In this document: piece after piece, positions 27,278-40,763 of the stretch | How positions within the stretch are numbered: the stretch's first letter is position 1 | Layout: every line of letters starts with the position of its first letter | From: Eledone cirrhosa | Taxonomy: Eukaryota | Assembly: GCA_964016885.1 (NCBI GenBank) | Contig: OZ024740.1 | Coordinates: forward strand, 31,434,001-31,498,000 | DNA length: 64,000 bases | Direction of reading: 5' to 3' | Notes under the pieces: model-generated | The model's database searches: none | What the model was told of the DNA's origin: nothing | Seen by the model: only the letters and a program-made list of their open reading frames with translations | Made by a program: the position numbers and the translations under genes

Positions 27278-27334
27278 TTGTATATATATATATCATCATC
27301 ATCATATACATATATATATATACATATATATATA

Positions 27335-28640
27335 CAAGGTGCGGACGATATTTGTTCGCAATTTTCAACTGCTAATTTTATGCAAATTTTTTTTACTTCC
27401 ATTGTCACTCTTGTCTTCATAAAAACAGTGACTATATTTCCATTATTTATTTTCAGAATAATTGATTATGAATAATTCTGAACCTCCAAATTTGTGGAAG
27501 AGACACAGAGTTCTTCTTGGAATCCGCGCCAGGAGGACAAATAAGGAAATTTCAGGCTTTCTCAGCTTCAGCAGGAGAATGGTGGAAAAGGTCAGAAAGG
27601 AATTGGAAGATTCAGGATTCGACTACGAAGCAACATCAGAGAGGAAAACACATGATCGACGATCTGATGCCTTCAGAATGCCCGAGTTCGTCGCTGAAGT
27701 TCAGGATATCATCAACAATGAACCTAGCAAGTCGATGCGTGCCATTGCAAGGGAGAAAGGCGTGGATGAAAACTTCATTAGGATGGTGGTACATGAAGAC
27801 ATTCGCTACGTTTCATACAAGATGAGGAAAGGACAATTTCTGTCAAAGGCGATGCAAGAAAAGCGACTGAAGCACGCAAAGAAGCTGATCAACAAGTTGA
27901 AACACCCACTGGAGCCAGACATGCTGTGGTTTTTCTCCGATGAGAAAAACTTCTGCCAAGACCAGAAGATCAACTCCCAGAACAACAGGTGGCTCGCTGT
28001 CTCATCCAAAGATGTGCCCAGAGTCATGCAGACAAAGTTTCCAGTGACAACATTGGTCTTAGGTGTTGTCAGCAGTCAAGGTGACATCATGCCACCTCAC
28101 TTCTTCTCTGAGGGCCTCAAGCTGAACACCGATGGCTACATCCGCGTTCTGAGTGAGGTAGTAAAGCCCTGGATCGACCAGGTAGCTGCAGGTAGACTGT
28201 ATGTGTGGCAGCAAGACTCAGCGCCCTGCCATACCAGCCGAAAGACCCAAGCGTGGGTGTCAGAGAACTTCGTCGATCACACTTCACCTGACATTTGGCC
28301 TCCCAGCTCATCTGACTGCGACCCCCTCGACTTCTTTGTGTGGGGCACAGTGAAACGAGACACCAACAGATCTAGCTGCAATACGAAAGACGATCTGAAG
28401 GCCAGGATCACAAGTGCCTTTAGAGGCCTAAGTCGGGGGACATGACGAAGGCCTGTAGCCGGTTCCGAGGCCGCCTAGAGGCCGTCATCAAAGCCAATGG
28501 CGGGTTTATCGAGTGAGATCGAAAGAACAAGTCATGAAGACAAACTCACCCAAGTTTGATAAATAAATCTCAAAAAATAAAACTACTGTGTTATTTTTTC
28601 CTAGACAGTAATCTTGCGAACAAATATCATCCGCACCCTC
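27335..28640 (+). mobile_element. Tc1/mariner maT (DD37D) transposon copy 1; transposase frameshifted near the C-terminus
   Basis: TIRs CAAGGTGCGGACGATATTTGTTCGCAA. FSDE, QQD and PLD motifs with 37 residues between the 2nd and 3rd D. Confidence 0.93.
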
Positions 28641-29677
28641 TCTATATATATATATTATGTTGGTACCACAAAACATCCAGCCCACACTGTAAAGTGGTTG
28701 CGTAGGAGACATGACGAAAAGCACCAAGCACACACTGTAAATGTGGTTGGCGTTAGGAAGGGCATCCAGCCATAGAAAACCAGCTAGAAACAGTCCTATA
28801 TGAGCGAGACACGGCCACCTGACCCAACTTGCCACTAATGGGACAAACCTGTCTAACCCATGCTAGCGTGGAAAATGGACGTTAAAAGATGATGATTAGA
28901 ACATGAGATAGAGTTCAAATCCTATTGATTCAACTTTCCCTTTTATCCTTTCAAGGTCAATAAAAATGTACCAGTTCAGTCCTAGGGTTGATTCTTCCTC
29001 TATATCTCATTCTCACTACCTCTCTATCACTCTCTCTTCTTCTCTGAAATAAATCAACTATGTTCAGACTGAAGAAGGATGAACTCCACTAGGAATAAAT
29101 TGAATAAGAAACTCTGTATGTCACTGTGTCACCCCTACAACTCCACTAGGAGTTACGAGTCCATACATACATAATATAATGTCCACTACCAAAGATAATA
29201 GCACAGAGTATGTACAAGCAGATTATATCACAAATGCATTAGGATCTGCAGAGACCTCAACATCGGTAAGGCTTCCATATTATGCAGAGTCACCTGTGTC
29301 TTCATGGCATCTCAGGTAGTCTTAGGCTTACATGCACATTAGGGACAGGAAAGAGGATTATCTATGCTGGAATGAGCCTTGGAAGGGTTCTTAACTACCT
29401 TCAACAAATATCAGCTTACTAATGAAAAAGTAGGTTATTTTATTCAATTCCTCCAAATATTTGATTATTTTCAAAATTAATTAAAACACATTGACAGTGT
29501 AATTCATTAGAAACCCGGTAACCAAAAGGTTAAGTGATACAAGTGAGCTTCTTTCAGTTTGGCATAAAAATATACTGTGGTCAAATTTACTGCGAACTTA
29601 ATGTTGCAGCATAGCATGCAGTTTTATATTTTGAAGAAATATATTTTTTGTGATATTTTTTTTTATTACTTTGTCAG

Positions 29678-29725
29678 GAGAAAGGACAATACCCAGAACT
29701 TCTATGACAAATGGGTGGGATGAAG
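29678..29725 (+). CDS. LRRK2: LRRK2-like gene exon A (possible ATG at 29704: MTNGWDE)
   Basis: Pyrimidine tract plus cag acceptor and gtaggt donor. The only open frame ends in phase 1, matching exon B. Confidence 0.55.
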
Positions 29726-30507
29726 GTAGGTATCTGCAAACTGGAAATAGAAATCTTGTTTCAATGCTTCCAACTGAGTTGACTTTGCTAAAGGTACCTA
29801 AAAGATATGTGCTGATGTTAGACTAGGCGATAGATTAAATCTATCCCCTTCCCATTTAGGCTACAGCAAAGTTTGAAGAGCCAAAACAAATACACCAAAC
29901 TGTCTCATTTATTGCTCTATGAATTCTACCAGTCTACTATCTCAGGTTGGTACTTCATTTATTGACTCTGGAAGAATGAAAGTCAAAGTTGACTCTGGCA
30001 GGATTTCAACTTAGAATGTAATGAGACAAAATATATTCTGCAAAGCATTTCATTGAACACTCTAAGGCTTCTGCCTATCAGCCAGAGTGCCTGTAAAGAC
30101 TATGAGAATAGTCTCTTCCTCCAGATCAAATCAATAAAGAAAAAACAAAATCCCAACTTTTGCTCCTATTACTCTATAGTAGTAGAATGTTTACTTTGCT
30201 AGTGTTACTCTGTTATTGGACAGTGTACTCTTCCCGTCTATCTCCTCTACATCTGATATAGTTTCTCTGGTGCTCTCCTGAAGTTGTTGAATCTATATTA
30301 ATCATCACTGCCACCACCTCCTCCATTTCCACTACCACCACTGTCACTACTGCTGTCACCACCACCACTTCCTCCTCCTCCTCCTCATCATCATCACCCC
30401 ACCCCCCTCATCCACCACCACCACCATCCACCACCACCACCACTACCACCACAACTGCCTGACTTGATGACAATGTAAGATATCATTGTTTTTTTTTCCA
30501 CCTTCAG

Positions 30508-30753
30508 ATCCTAAATGTCTTAGAATGACTGTAAACTGCAAACCAGGGAAGAGTTTCCTTTCTAGCTGTGTGAGCATCAGCAGCATCAGAAGCTGTTTGT
30601 TGGACAAAGATATTACAGCAGAAGCCATTGTAAAAACATGTCAGAATGTAATAAATTCTTTGTCTCAGTTGGGACAAGATGATCCATATTCATCTGATAA
30701 AGTTATTCTACTGGCAGTATTGAATTCATTCAAAGAACAATGTGTGACAAATG
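30508..30753 (+). CDS. LRRK2: LRRK2-like gene exon B (246 bp, phase 1-1)
   Basis: ttccaccttcag acceptor, gtaagt donor, open frame DPKCL...EQCVTN. Confidence 0.8.
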
Positions 30754-30785
30754 GTAAGTGATGTAATGATATAAACTGCATATCT

Positions 30786-31809
30786 TTTTATTTTACTGTG
30801 AAAGAAGCAATATTTCATTCTCTCAAAGTTTTATTTTACTGTGAAAGAAGCAATGTTTCATTCTCTCAAAGTTTTATTTTACTGTGAAAGAAGCAATATT
30901 TCATTCTCTCAAAGTTTTATTTTACTGTGAAAGAAGCAATGTTTCACCCTCTCAAAGTTTTATTTTACTGTGAAAGAAGCAATGTTTCATTCTCTAAAAG
31001 TTTTATTTTACTGTGAAAGAAGCAATGTTTCATTCTCTCAAAGTTTTATTTTACTGTGAAAGAAGCAATGTTTCATTCTCTCAAAGTTTTATTTTACTGT
31101 GAAAGAAGCAATATTTCATTCTCTCAAAGTTTTATTTTACTGTGAAAGAAGCAATGTTTCATTCTCTCAAAGTTTTATTTTACTGTGAAAGAAGCAATAT
31201 TTCATTCTCTCAAAGTTTTATTTTACTGTGAAAGAAGCAATGTTTCACCCTCTCAAAGTTTTATTTTACTGTGAAAGAAGCAATGTTTCATTCTCTAAAA
31301 GTTTTATTTTACTGTGAAAGAAGCAATGTTTCATTCTCTCAAAGTTTTATTTTACTGTGAAAGAAGCAATGTTTCATTCTCTCAAAGTTTTATTTTACTG
31401 TGAAAGAAGCAATATTTCATTCTCTCAAAGTTTTATTTTACTGTGAAAGAAGCAATGTTTCATTCTCTCAAAGTTTTATTTTACTGTGAAAGAAGCAATG
31501 TTTCATTCTCTCAAAGTTTTATTTTACTGTGAAAGAAGCAATATTTCATTCTCTCAAAGTTTTATTTTACTGTGAAAGAAGCAATATTTCACCCTCTCAA
31601 AGTTTTATTTTACTGTGAAAGAAGCAATGTTTCATTCTCTAAAAGTTTTATTTTACTGTGAAAGAAGCAATGTTTCATTCTCTCAAAGTTTTATTTTACT
31701 GTGAAAGAAGCAATGTTTCATTCTCTCAAAGTTTTATTTTACTGTGAAAGAAGCAATGTTTCATTCTCTCAAAGTTTTATTTTACTGTGAAAGAAGCAAT
31801 ATTTCATTC
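30786..31809. repeat. 43-bp minisatellite, ~24 copies
   Basis: Unit gttttattttactgtgaaagaagcaatgtttcattctctcaaa. Confidence 0.97.
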
Positions 31810-32170
31810 ATCATCATCGTCATCATCATCATCACCATTTTATGTCCGTTCTTCCACGCTAGCATGGGTTAGACGGGTTGTCCTGTTGTGGGCAGTGTCC
31901 AGTCAGCTGACCTTGTCTTGTTCATACAGGAACTGATTCTGGCTTGATTTCTACAGCTGGATTCCCTTCCTAACACCAACCTTATTTACAGTGAGTGCTG
32001 CCTGCTTTATTTTTGTGGCGCCTACATGTTCACTTTACAGTGTGGGCTGGGTGCTTTTTCCCGTGCCGCCTACACGTCCACTTTGCAGTGGGAGGGGTGG
32101 GTGGGGGGCATATTGTCTATATGCTTCAACTTCGGCTTGTACTCATGGGAAGTTGGGTCTTCTGTATTCT
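31808..32170 (-). mobile_element. SINE with RTE-type tail and internal tandem units
   Basis: (CAT)n tail and shared core. The 5' part matches 62450-62510 in inverted orientation. Confidence 0.7.
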
Positions 32171-32479
32171 CCCAAAGTTTAATTCAGCAAATTTAAATTG
32201 GATTATATAATCTTTGCAATAAATTAAAAAAAAAAGAGAGATAAAAAATAAAATAGCCAAAGTAAGCGAAAGGGGTGAAGGAGCAGCAAACTCTACACCC
32301 CAGTCAAGGCAGTATATCTCAGCCATTACACCTCACAGGGCTCCTTTCTTAGGTGGAGTGCACTTCTAATATTACAGAGGAAAACAGCAGTTCAGGGACC
32401 AAAGACATCAAAAGTGTTGATGGAGGCCAGCATAAATAGGAAACAGTTGATCAGTCCTATCCTATCCTCAGTAGTCCAG

Positions 32480-32812
32480 TGAGAAGCAACAACTTGTGTC
32501 GTTCCAATGTAAATGTGAGAGAAAGGCAGAGCTTGGATGAATTGAAGGAGAAACTGGATTTAAGAGGAATCAGAAGTGGTGTGAAAGAGAGAAGACTGTG
32601 TTGGTACGGACATGTGAATGGAAGTCTCAGTGGAAGGAAGCCAGAGGAGAAGTAGACTAAAGATAGCCTGGGTGGAGGTGGTGAGAGCTGATCACTGAGA
32701 CTCACAGAGGAAATAATGAAAGAACACAGTGATTGAAGAGATGCAGTGCTAAAAAGGACCCATCCAAACTATGCAAGCAAGGAAAAAATGGACATAAAAG
32801 CGATTGATGATA
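32480..32812 (+). mobile_element. Decayed RTE LINE 3' end
   Basis: Remnant of ERRL-WYGHV and an RTE-type tail. Confidence 0.7.
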
Positions 32813-32873
32813 ATATATAAATATAGTAATAATAATAAATGCGAAGACTAAAATCCAAAGAGGGCTCGATAAT

Positions 32874-33210
32874 GATGGCTTAGTGGTTAGAGCATTGGCC
32901 TTGCAATCGAAAGGTTGTGAGTTCAATTCTCAGACCGGGCGATGTGTTGTTTCCTTGAGCAAGGCACTTTATTTCACATTGCTCCAGTTTACTCAGCTGT
33001 AGAAATGAGATGATAGGGACTGGGGTCCCTATCATTCCACTGCAAAGTGGTCGTGGAGGTGCCACGGCAAAAAAGCACCCAGCACTCACTGTAAATGAGG
33101 TTGGTGTTAGGAAGGGCATCCAGCTGTAGAAATCAAGCCAGAATCAGTTCCCGTCCCACCCTTGCAAGCAGGGAAAAGTGGACGTAAAATGAAATGATGA
33201 TGAATGATGA
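32874..33210 (+). mobile_element. tRNA-headed SINE
   Basis: Same family as 25727 and 48740. Confidence 0.85.
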
Positions 33211-33305
33211 TATATCAAATATATAAGAACCCTAGAGCAAATATTTATTAAAATAACAGATTAAAGTTTAAGCAAAGAATCGCTGCTTTCACCCTTAATA
33301 GGATC

Positions 33306-33435
33306 CGTATTTCCTGGCATTGAAGACACTACTTTTTTCCTAAAATAAGTCTCAAAATTCTACCATACGTCCTGGAGGCCGAAGGTTGTTTATAATTTTT
33401 TTTTAATTTTTGGTTGTCGAGGGCGAAATATGGTA
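33306..33435. mobile_element. Tc1/mariner-type MITE; second copy inverted at 36432-36560
   Basis: ccgtatttc...gaaatatggta termini and shared internal sequence. Confidence 0.7.
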
Positions 33436-34752
33436 TGTCATTATTAATATAGTATTTGTAATAACTTTTAAAAAATAGGTTATGTCAAATTAATAAATAA
33501 ATAAATAAATAATATATATATATATATATATAAATATAAATTTAGCGAGAATCGCATTTCGGCAGGTAGAAAAAGCGAAACGTAATGCAAATTTAAAGTC
33601 ATGCTGGCAAGCGCTCCATAGTCTAAAAGACTAGGGCAATAGACATATGTTATAGAGGCCATACAAACTGAGAAGGCGGTCAAGAAGCTATAGACCACCT
33701 AAGCCAAAAAGCAAGTCAAGCTAAACAGGTCAGATAAAATAAATGACATAATCATATACATATACATATATATATAACAAACCTGGACCCTTGGAAATTG
33801 ATGGTAAAATCCAGTACAGGGTTTCTGCAACACCTAAATCAATATTACTTTCTGTTTAAAACAATAAGCTTTTGGTATAATGACCGAACAAGGAATATCA
33901 CGTTAACAACAGGTATTTTGTTCTGAGCCAGTATTGTGGATGACTGAGTGCTCCGTAAAAGCATATGTGTAACTCACAGGGGAAAAACCCCAGATTTTGG
34001 CAGATGAATTCAGTATGTGTAAATCATGCAAAAAATTGCATAAATAGCACAAATCGAATAAGCACTCAACCGGGTAGTTTTTAAAATAAACTTATACAAT
34101 TAATCTGTCAATAGAATTATTAACAGGTTAATTGTAAGACTCGGGAGATTAATACAAATATAAATTCTGCGAGAATCGCATTTCGGCGGGTAGAAAAAGC
34201 GAAACGTAATGCAAATTCCGAGTCATGCTGGCAAGCACTCCATAGTCTAAAAGACTAGAGCAATAACCATAGGTTATAAAGGCCAAACAAACTGAGAAGG
34301 CAGTCAAGAAGCTATAGACCACCTAAGCCAAAAAACAAGTCAAGCTAAAGAGGTCAGACAAAATAAATTAACGGAGTCATAGACTCGCGTTAGTCCCTGT
34401 AAATTATGTGCTCAAAGGAAAAGGAATCCTGAGCTCTTCAAATATAATATGTAGAAAATATAACACATGAGAGAGAGAGAGAGTGTGTGTTTTTCAATGT
34501 ACAGGGAAAACGACCAGTGTATGGAATCTATAAACTATGAAAGGTGAGGTAGACGCATAATAATTAAAAATATAAATCAAAAGAATTTACCCACCTTTAG
34601 AACTATACCTTCACACACGTACAAACCCAAAGAGATTTGTTTCGCCAAAAGATTAGTGAATGGAATGAAAACACTCAGGTTGATCAGCGTGTGTTAAGTG
34701 AGTACATTCCAGACATCTCTAAGAAAACTTAAGATAACTGTGTTATCTTTTC

Positions 34753-34795
<43 letters not shown>

Positions 34796-36044
34796 CACAG
34801 TCCAATGACTGAGACCAGCAAAAGAATAAAATAATAAAAGAATAGTGAGAAATTCACAAAATAGTAAAACAAAAGAAAGTGTTCACTTTTTATTTTTTGT
34901 TATGCCCTGTTTGTTTATTCTTAAATACAATTTAAATATTTCAATGTATTTGATCATCCCTAGCCTTTTTGGGATGGTGCTGTTGCTGTAAACATCAAAC
35001 AAATACATGACTACACAACTGATTGGCATGAAGTTGTTCATCTCTACACTCCAGTTTCTGGTTCACAGATGTGCTGTTTCTTCACTCTGCCTTTGCTGCT
35101 GTTACAACAGTGGCCTCTTCTACTGGTATATGTTTGGTCTTGTGCCATCTCCACTCAGTTCTACTCCACCAAATCATCTTCTGATTGTCCATATTGTATT
35201 TACCTTCATCCCCTTCCTGCCTCCACTGACCTTGGCCTATCACCAAGTGGGGGCAGTAGATGGCACTAGATGGCATTACTCCTCTACTTTTCAATGCTGC
35301 ATCCACAGATTTAGAAAGATTTATGGTGATCTGTTTATTCTGAAGCTCCACCTTAGAATTATTGTCAATTAGAATGTGTACCTAAGAATGTTCTGAAGGC
35401 CCCAATAAGCACCAAAACCTGAAGACAGGTCTATATTGATCTCTATGTTCATTCTTTTCTCCTCAGAACATCAGCCCTTACTTACATTTTCCCTGTAGCC
35501 ACTGTCTTGCTGTGTTCAAAAGGAACATCAACAACGTTGGTCTCACCAGTCTTGAACGGAACCACAAAAGATGGGACTACAGTTCCAGCCTTCAGAACTA
35601 AACCATTAAAAAAATTATCAATTAATGAATTATTTAATTATTTATTTCATGAAATAGAAAATATTTAAATCAGTTAGATGGATAATTTTTATCAAAAATA
35701 TTATTTACAAAGTGACCTCTTTAAATTTGATGTGCGTATCTAGTTTAAAATTAGTACATCTTCTCCCTGAATGTCATAAAAAGCAACTAAAAGAGTTGGT
35801 ACCAGGAAGGGCATCAGACAGTAAAGCATTGTGCCTCAAAAAGGACCCTATTATTAGTATAATTAAACTTGTTCAGGCCTAATAAGATTAACCCTGCTTT
35901 AGTAGGGAAAAGGGTAATAAAACACTCACTAAATATAATTATTGTCATTTATTTATTTCATCATCATTATCATCGTCGTTTAACGTCCATCTTCCACGCT
36001 AGCATGGGTATTTATTAAAACATTAAAAAAAATATGTCTTTCAG

Positions 36045-36136
36045 ATGTTGGGAGACAATTGTACCTGAAGAATATTTTGATTGAGAACCTCTCAATTTTA
36101 ATGACATCAAACAATAAAGATGATCAACTACAACAG
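36045..36136 (+). CDS. LRRK2: LRRK2-like gene exon C (92 bp, phase 1-0)
   Basis: tctttcag / gtatgt. Encodes DVGRQLYLKNILIENLSILMTSNNKDDQLQQ. Confidence 0.85.
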
Positions 36137-37179
36137 GTATGTAAATATAACTTTGACCTTAAGGTGCCCTGCAAGCCAGGACTTAACTCTGGTGTTATTG
36201 TGTGAAGTAGATGAGAGATAAATCTCTCTTTGATTTACCACTTTTGATACCAACCTGCTCCAAACTGTTTCAAGTTATAAAACTGTCCATTTTCAAATGC
36301 TTCTATTTAAATTAAAACTTACAAAATATCCTTTTATGCCTGCTTCTCCATGTTTCCATGTGTTGGATATAACATAATTTGACATAACCTATTTTTTTAA
36401 AGTTATTACAAATACTATATTAATAATGACATACCATATTTCGTCCTCGAGGATGCACCCTAATTTTGACAGCCAAAAATTTCGGCCTCCAGGACCCATG
36501 GTAGATTTTTGAGACTTATTTTAGGAAAAAGTAGTGTCTTCGACGCCGGGAAATACGGTAATTAATAATTTTAGTAAATCTTTCCAAATTCTTCATTAAT
36601 TTATTGAAACATACTGTATGTCATTAGAAATACAATCACAAAGGGGTTAATACCTATTCTTGGTAGTTAATGATCTGAAGGAATATAAAATAAAATGTTT
36701 TGTCCAGAAACAAAATAAAATACTTGTGATCTATGAACAGGCAGTCACATACCTCATCCAACTGGCTATGTTAATTTTTGGATTTAGTACAAATAACATA
36801 AATAAGAAAAAGGAAAATATCATAAGACCTTTAATGGGTTATTAGGTTATCATTAAAGTTTGTATATACGCAAGCATAGACTATCACATTTAATTGTGCG
36901 CATTTACTGTTAATTGTGGACTAATTCTATATTTATCTGCATTAATCAAAACATTTGTCAAAAAATAAATGGTTTTGAATTGACTCGTATCTTTGGTTAA
37001 CTTTCTCTAATCTTATATATATATAATATATATATGTTATATGTATATATAATATATATGTGTATAATATAACCATATAGTTGCTTTCTTCTTGTGTTAT
37101 ACAAACACACTGTGTGTGTTTCTGTGTATACATGTCTGTGTGTATTCATATGTGTGTGTATACATATGCATGTACACAC

Positions 37180-37609
37180 GATGCTGCATGGTAGTGAGAC
37201 ATGAGCAGCAACTGCAGAAGATATGCAACGGCTGGACAGAAATGAGGCAAACATGCTCCGTTGGATGTGCAATGTCAATGTGCGTGAACAACCAAGCATG
37301 GATGTGTTGAGAGAGAAACTGTGTCTGAGAGGGATAGAATGTGGTGTGCGAGAAAGGAGACTGAGGTGGTATGGATATGTAATGCGCATGAAGGATGACC
37401 GATGGGTGAAGAAGTGCCAGGAAATGGTAGTTGAAGGAAGATGTGGTAGAGATAGACCACGAAACACATGGGCGGAGGTGGTGAGAACACACCTCAGATC
37501 GCTGAAGCTCACGGTGGAGATGACGAAGGACCGAGACAAGATGCTGTGCTGAATAGGACCCATCCCACCCTTGCAAGCAGGGAAAAGCGGACGTAAAATG
37601 ATGATGATG

Positions 37610-37612
<3 letters not shown>
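37180..37612 (+). mobile_element. RTE LINE 3' end with (TGA)n tail
   Basis: MLHGSET, RRLRWYGYV, RPRNTW. Confidence 0.9.
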
Positions 37613-37667
<55 letters not shown>

Positions 37668-37780
37668 CAATGTGATTATAAAACAAAATTAAAAATTCAA
37701 TGCAAAATACACCTTATCATTGCATTGAGCTAAAATACACCTAGCAAATTAGTAAAATTTACTCTCATTAATATTGCTAT

Positions 37781-37837
<57 letters not shown>

Positions 37838-38119
37838 ATCTGTGTGTGTGTCCTTTACACATAATATAACCAATGGAGACAGATATGTAATTTATAATTG
37901 TTCCAACACTTTTCTTCTTTTACTTTGCTTTGATAACAGGTTTTAACTGGAAACGTTAGATCCTTTCCTTTTCTTTTCATTCAGTGTAATTATAATCATT
38001 GCACCCTTTATTAACCTTTGTTCACCTTGTCTAATCTCTCATCTTATTCAATTGTCCATCCATCTCTTTCACCATTTTCCCATCATTATATATATATCTC
38101 TCTCTCTATATATATATAC

Positions 38120-39171
38120 ATATAAGCTTACAACACTATTCACAAGAACATCCCACTACTAAAACAAAACCCAAGAATGAAAAAAGCCCTTGAAACACAC
38201 AAAATAGTCAAAAGCAAAAGACAACCAAAATCACTGAAAACATTACTCACCAATGCCAAATTACCTACCACAAACCCACAACCAAGTATCAAAAAATGTG
38301 GTCGCTCTAATTGTGGAACCTGCACTCACCTCATTGAAGGCAACACGTATACATTTAAATCAGGACAAAATTTTACTGTAAAAAATCACTTCACTTGCTC
38401 ATCAAAAAATCTAATTTATGCCATTAAATGTAAAGGATGCAATGAAGATTATATAGGACAAACTAAACTCACACTCAGAAACAGAATGACAGTTCATCGC
38501 CAACAATTACGAGATCCAACCACGAGACAGATACCACTAAGCGCACATCTAGTCATTTGCGCAAGTAATAAGACACCCAAATTCCAAGTCTTCCCATTTT
38601 ACCTTTGCGCTAACAATACAACAGAACAAATACGAATAAATAAGGAAAATATGTTTATTCAAAAATATAGACCAGCATTAAATATGGTTTAATATACATT
38701 ATGTCAACACCATAATATGACATACACACACACACACATAACACCTTCTACTTTAGAAAATAAAAACCCGAACTAAATAAACCTTAACATACGTTTCCAC
38801 TGACAATACAACAGAACAAATACGAATAAGTAAGGAAAATATGTTCATTCAAAAATATTTCTACTAAAGGAATCATTTTCCCACACACACACACACACAT
38901 ACTCACACACACACACACAATATATTCTCTTCATCTTAACATGCTAACCATACTCCCACACACATAACACCCATATACACACATAACAATCCCCACACCC
39001 ACAACTCCCTCCCCCATTGCTACTAATAGAACCACTTTCCTACACACATATATACACACACACAAAATATATATTCTCTCCATCTTAACATACTCGCACA
39101 CACACACATAACACCCATATACACACACACACAACTCCCTCCCCCATTTCTACTAATAGAATCATCTTCCA

Positions 39172-39202
<31 letters not shown>

Positions 39203-40212
39203 AGCACACAAATAAACATACATATCTTTACTTCAATAGAAAATCTGAACTCTGACACCCCGGCGAGCTGGCCATATTCACTGAACCAGAACAATTCTCC
39301 CAATCCCATTTCTCTTGATCACTATCTTTCCCTTGTCATAACATTCTCTATAAAGGCTACAGAATAGATTTCCAAATAAGGGCGCAAAAATGTAATGAAA
39401 ACTTGTTCACGTGACAGCCAAATTTCATTTATAACCAATCAAATCACGTTTATTAAAAAAAAGCCTTCGTGAGCCATCTTTTTTTAAAGTAAAGAAATTA
39501 AAACACACACACACACACACACACACAAGCACACAAATAAACATACATATCTTTACTTTCTTTATTCAATAGAAAATCTGAATTCTGACACCCCAGCGAA
39601 CTAACCATATTCACTGAACCAGAACAATTCTCCCATCCCTTTCTCTTGACCATTATCTTTCACTTATCATAAAATTCTCTAAAAAGGCTACAGAATGGAT
39701 TTCCAAATAAGGGCACGAAAATTTAATGAAAACTTGTTCACGTGACAGCCAAAATTTCATTTATAACCAACCAAAAAAAAAGCCTTCGTGAGCCCCTTTT
39801 TTCAAGTAAAAAGAAATTCAAACACTCATATATGAAAAAAACAACCTGTGACACTCCCCCTCTTATTTGAAGAACTATTGTAACGCGAACTGGCGCGAAA
39901 TTTATTATAATTATTGACAAACCAATCAAATTACTTCTCGAAAAACCTGGCATTTCGAGCCACTTTTTCCATATAAAACAAGTAACATTCAGAGACCAAC
40001 CAGATGTGAGAAAAACCACAGACCCTCCATCTCAACTCACTTTTTGAAAAGCAGAAGAACTGCGAAACCGGTAAAGGAACCAAATAAATATATATATTTA
40101 AAAAAAAAAAAAATAAGACTCTAGTTGCATTTTCGATTTCATCTCTTTTTCTTTATACTTTCACGCGTGTAGGACACCTCGGTTATTTTTCATTTTGTAA
40201 AAAAAACCTCAC

Positions 40213-40220
<8 letters not shown>
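38120..40220 (+). mobile_element. Penelope-like element 3' part: Cys linker plus GIY-YIG endonuclease (to 38692) and a duplicated 3' region
   Basis: CGRSNCGTC, NLIYAIKC...YIGQT...RMTVHR...KE...PALN. Partial duplication of the ORF end at ~38803, tandem ~320 bp blocks, and a hammerhead-like motif at ~40040. Confidence 0.85.
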
Positions 40221-40263
<43 letters not shown>

Positions 40264-40270
<7 letters not shown>

Positions 40271-40669
40271 GTTTGAATATGTGTAATAAGGCCAAAACAA
40301 TGCAGGTATGGACATAGAAAAAAGAATGCAATGGTAAAAGATATTGATGAGAATTCGTCTTTCACCTTGAATTTATTTAAATGTCCTTAATTTTCGAGAT
40401 AATATCTCTTCTTCGGAGGGAAGTAAAGGTCTCAAACCAGCGTCTTAAATCTCTAGCCAAGCCATGCGTGGCTTGGCTAGAGATTTAAGACGCTGGTTTG
40501 AGACCTTTACTTCCCTCCGAAGAAGAGATATTATCTCGAAAATTAAGGACATTAAAATAAATTCAAGGTGAAAGACGAATTCTCATCAATATCTTTTACC
40601 ATTGCATTCTTTTTTCTATGTCCATACCTGCATTGTTTTGGCCTTATTACACATATTCAAACGTTTATA
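40264..40669. repeat. 406-bp zero-spacer palindrome between (TA)n tracts
   Basis: Centre between 40466 and 40467; two mismatches seen. Confidence 0.95.
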
Positions 40670-40707
40670 CTTCATTACACAATGCTTCAAGTGAACTATA
40701 ACCTCCT

Positions 40708-40763
<56 letters not shown>

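Noticed and set aside
30786-31809. Possible CRISPR-like array
   Set aside because: Units are contiguous with no unique spacers; eukaryotic intron, no cas genes.
32874-32945. tRNA gene-like sequence (also ~25990-26060, ~49010-49083)
   Set aside because: It is the tRNA-derived head of multi-copy SINEs and continues into the SINE body and tail.
35007-35372. 121-aa ORF as an extra exon or gene
   Set aside because: No recognisable motif or splice signals, and exons B and C already join in phase; looks like a decayed repeat.
38177-38692. Selenoprotein-type Naiad Penelope
   Set aside because: No in-frame TGA in the visible ORF and no SECIS recognised.
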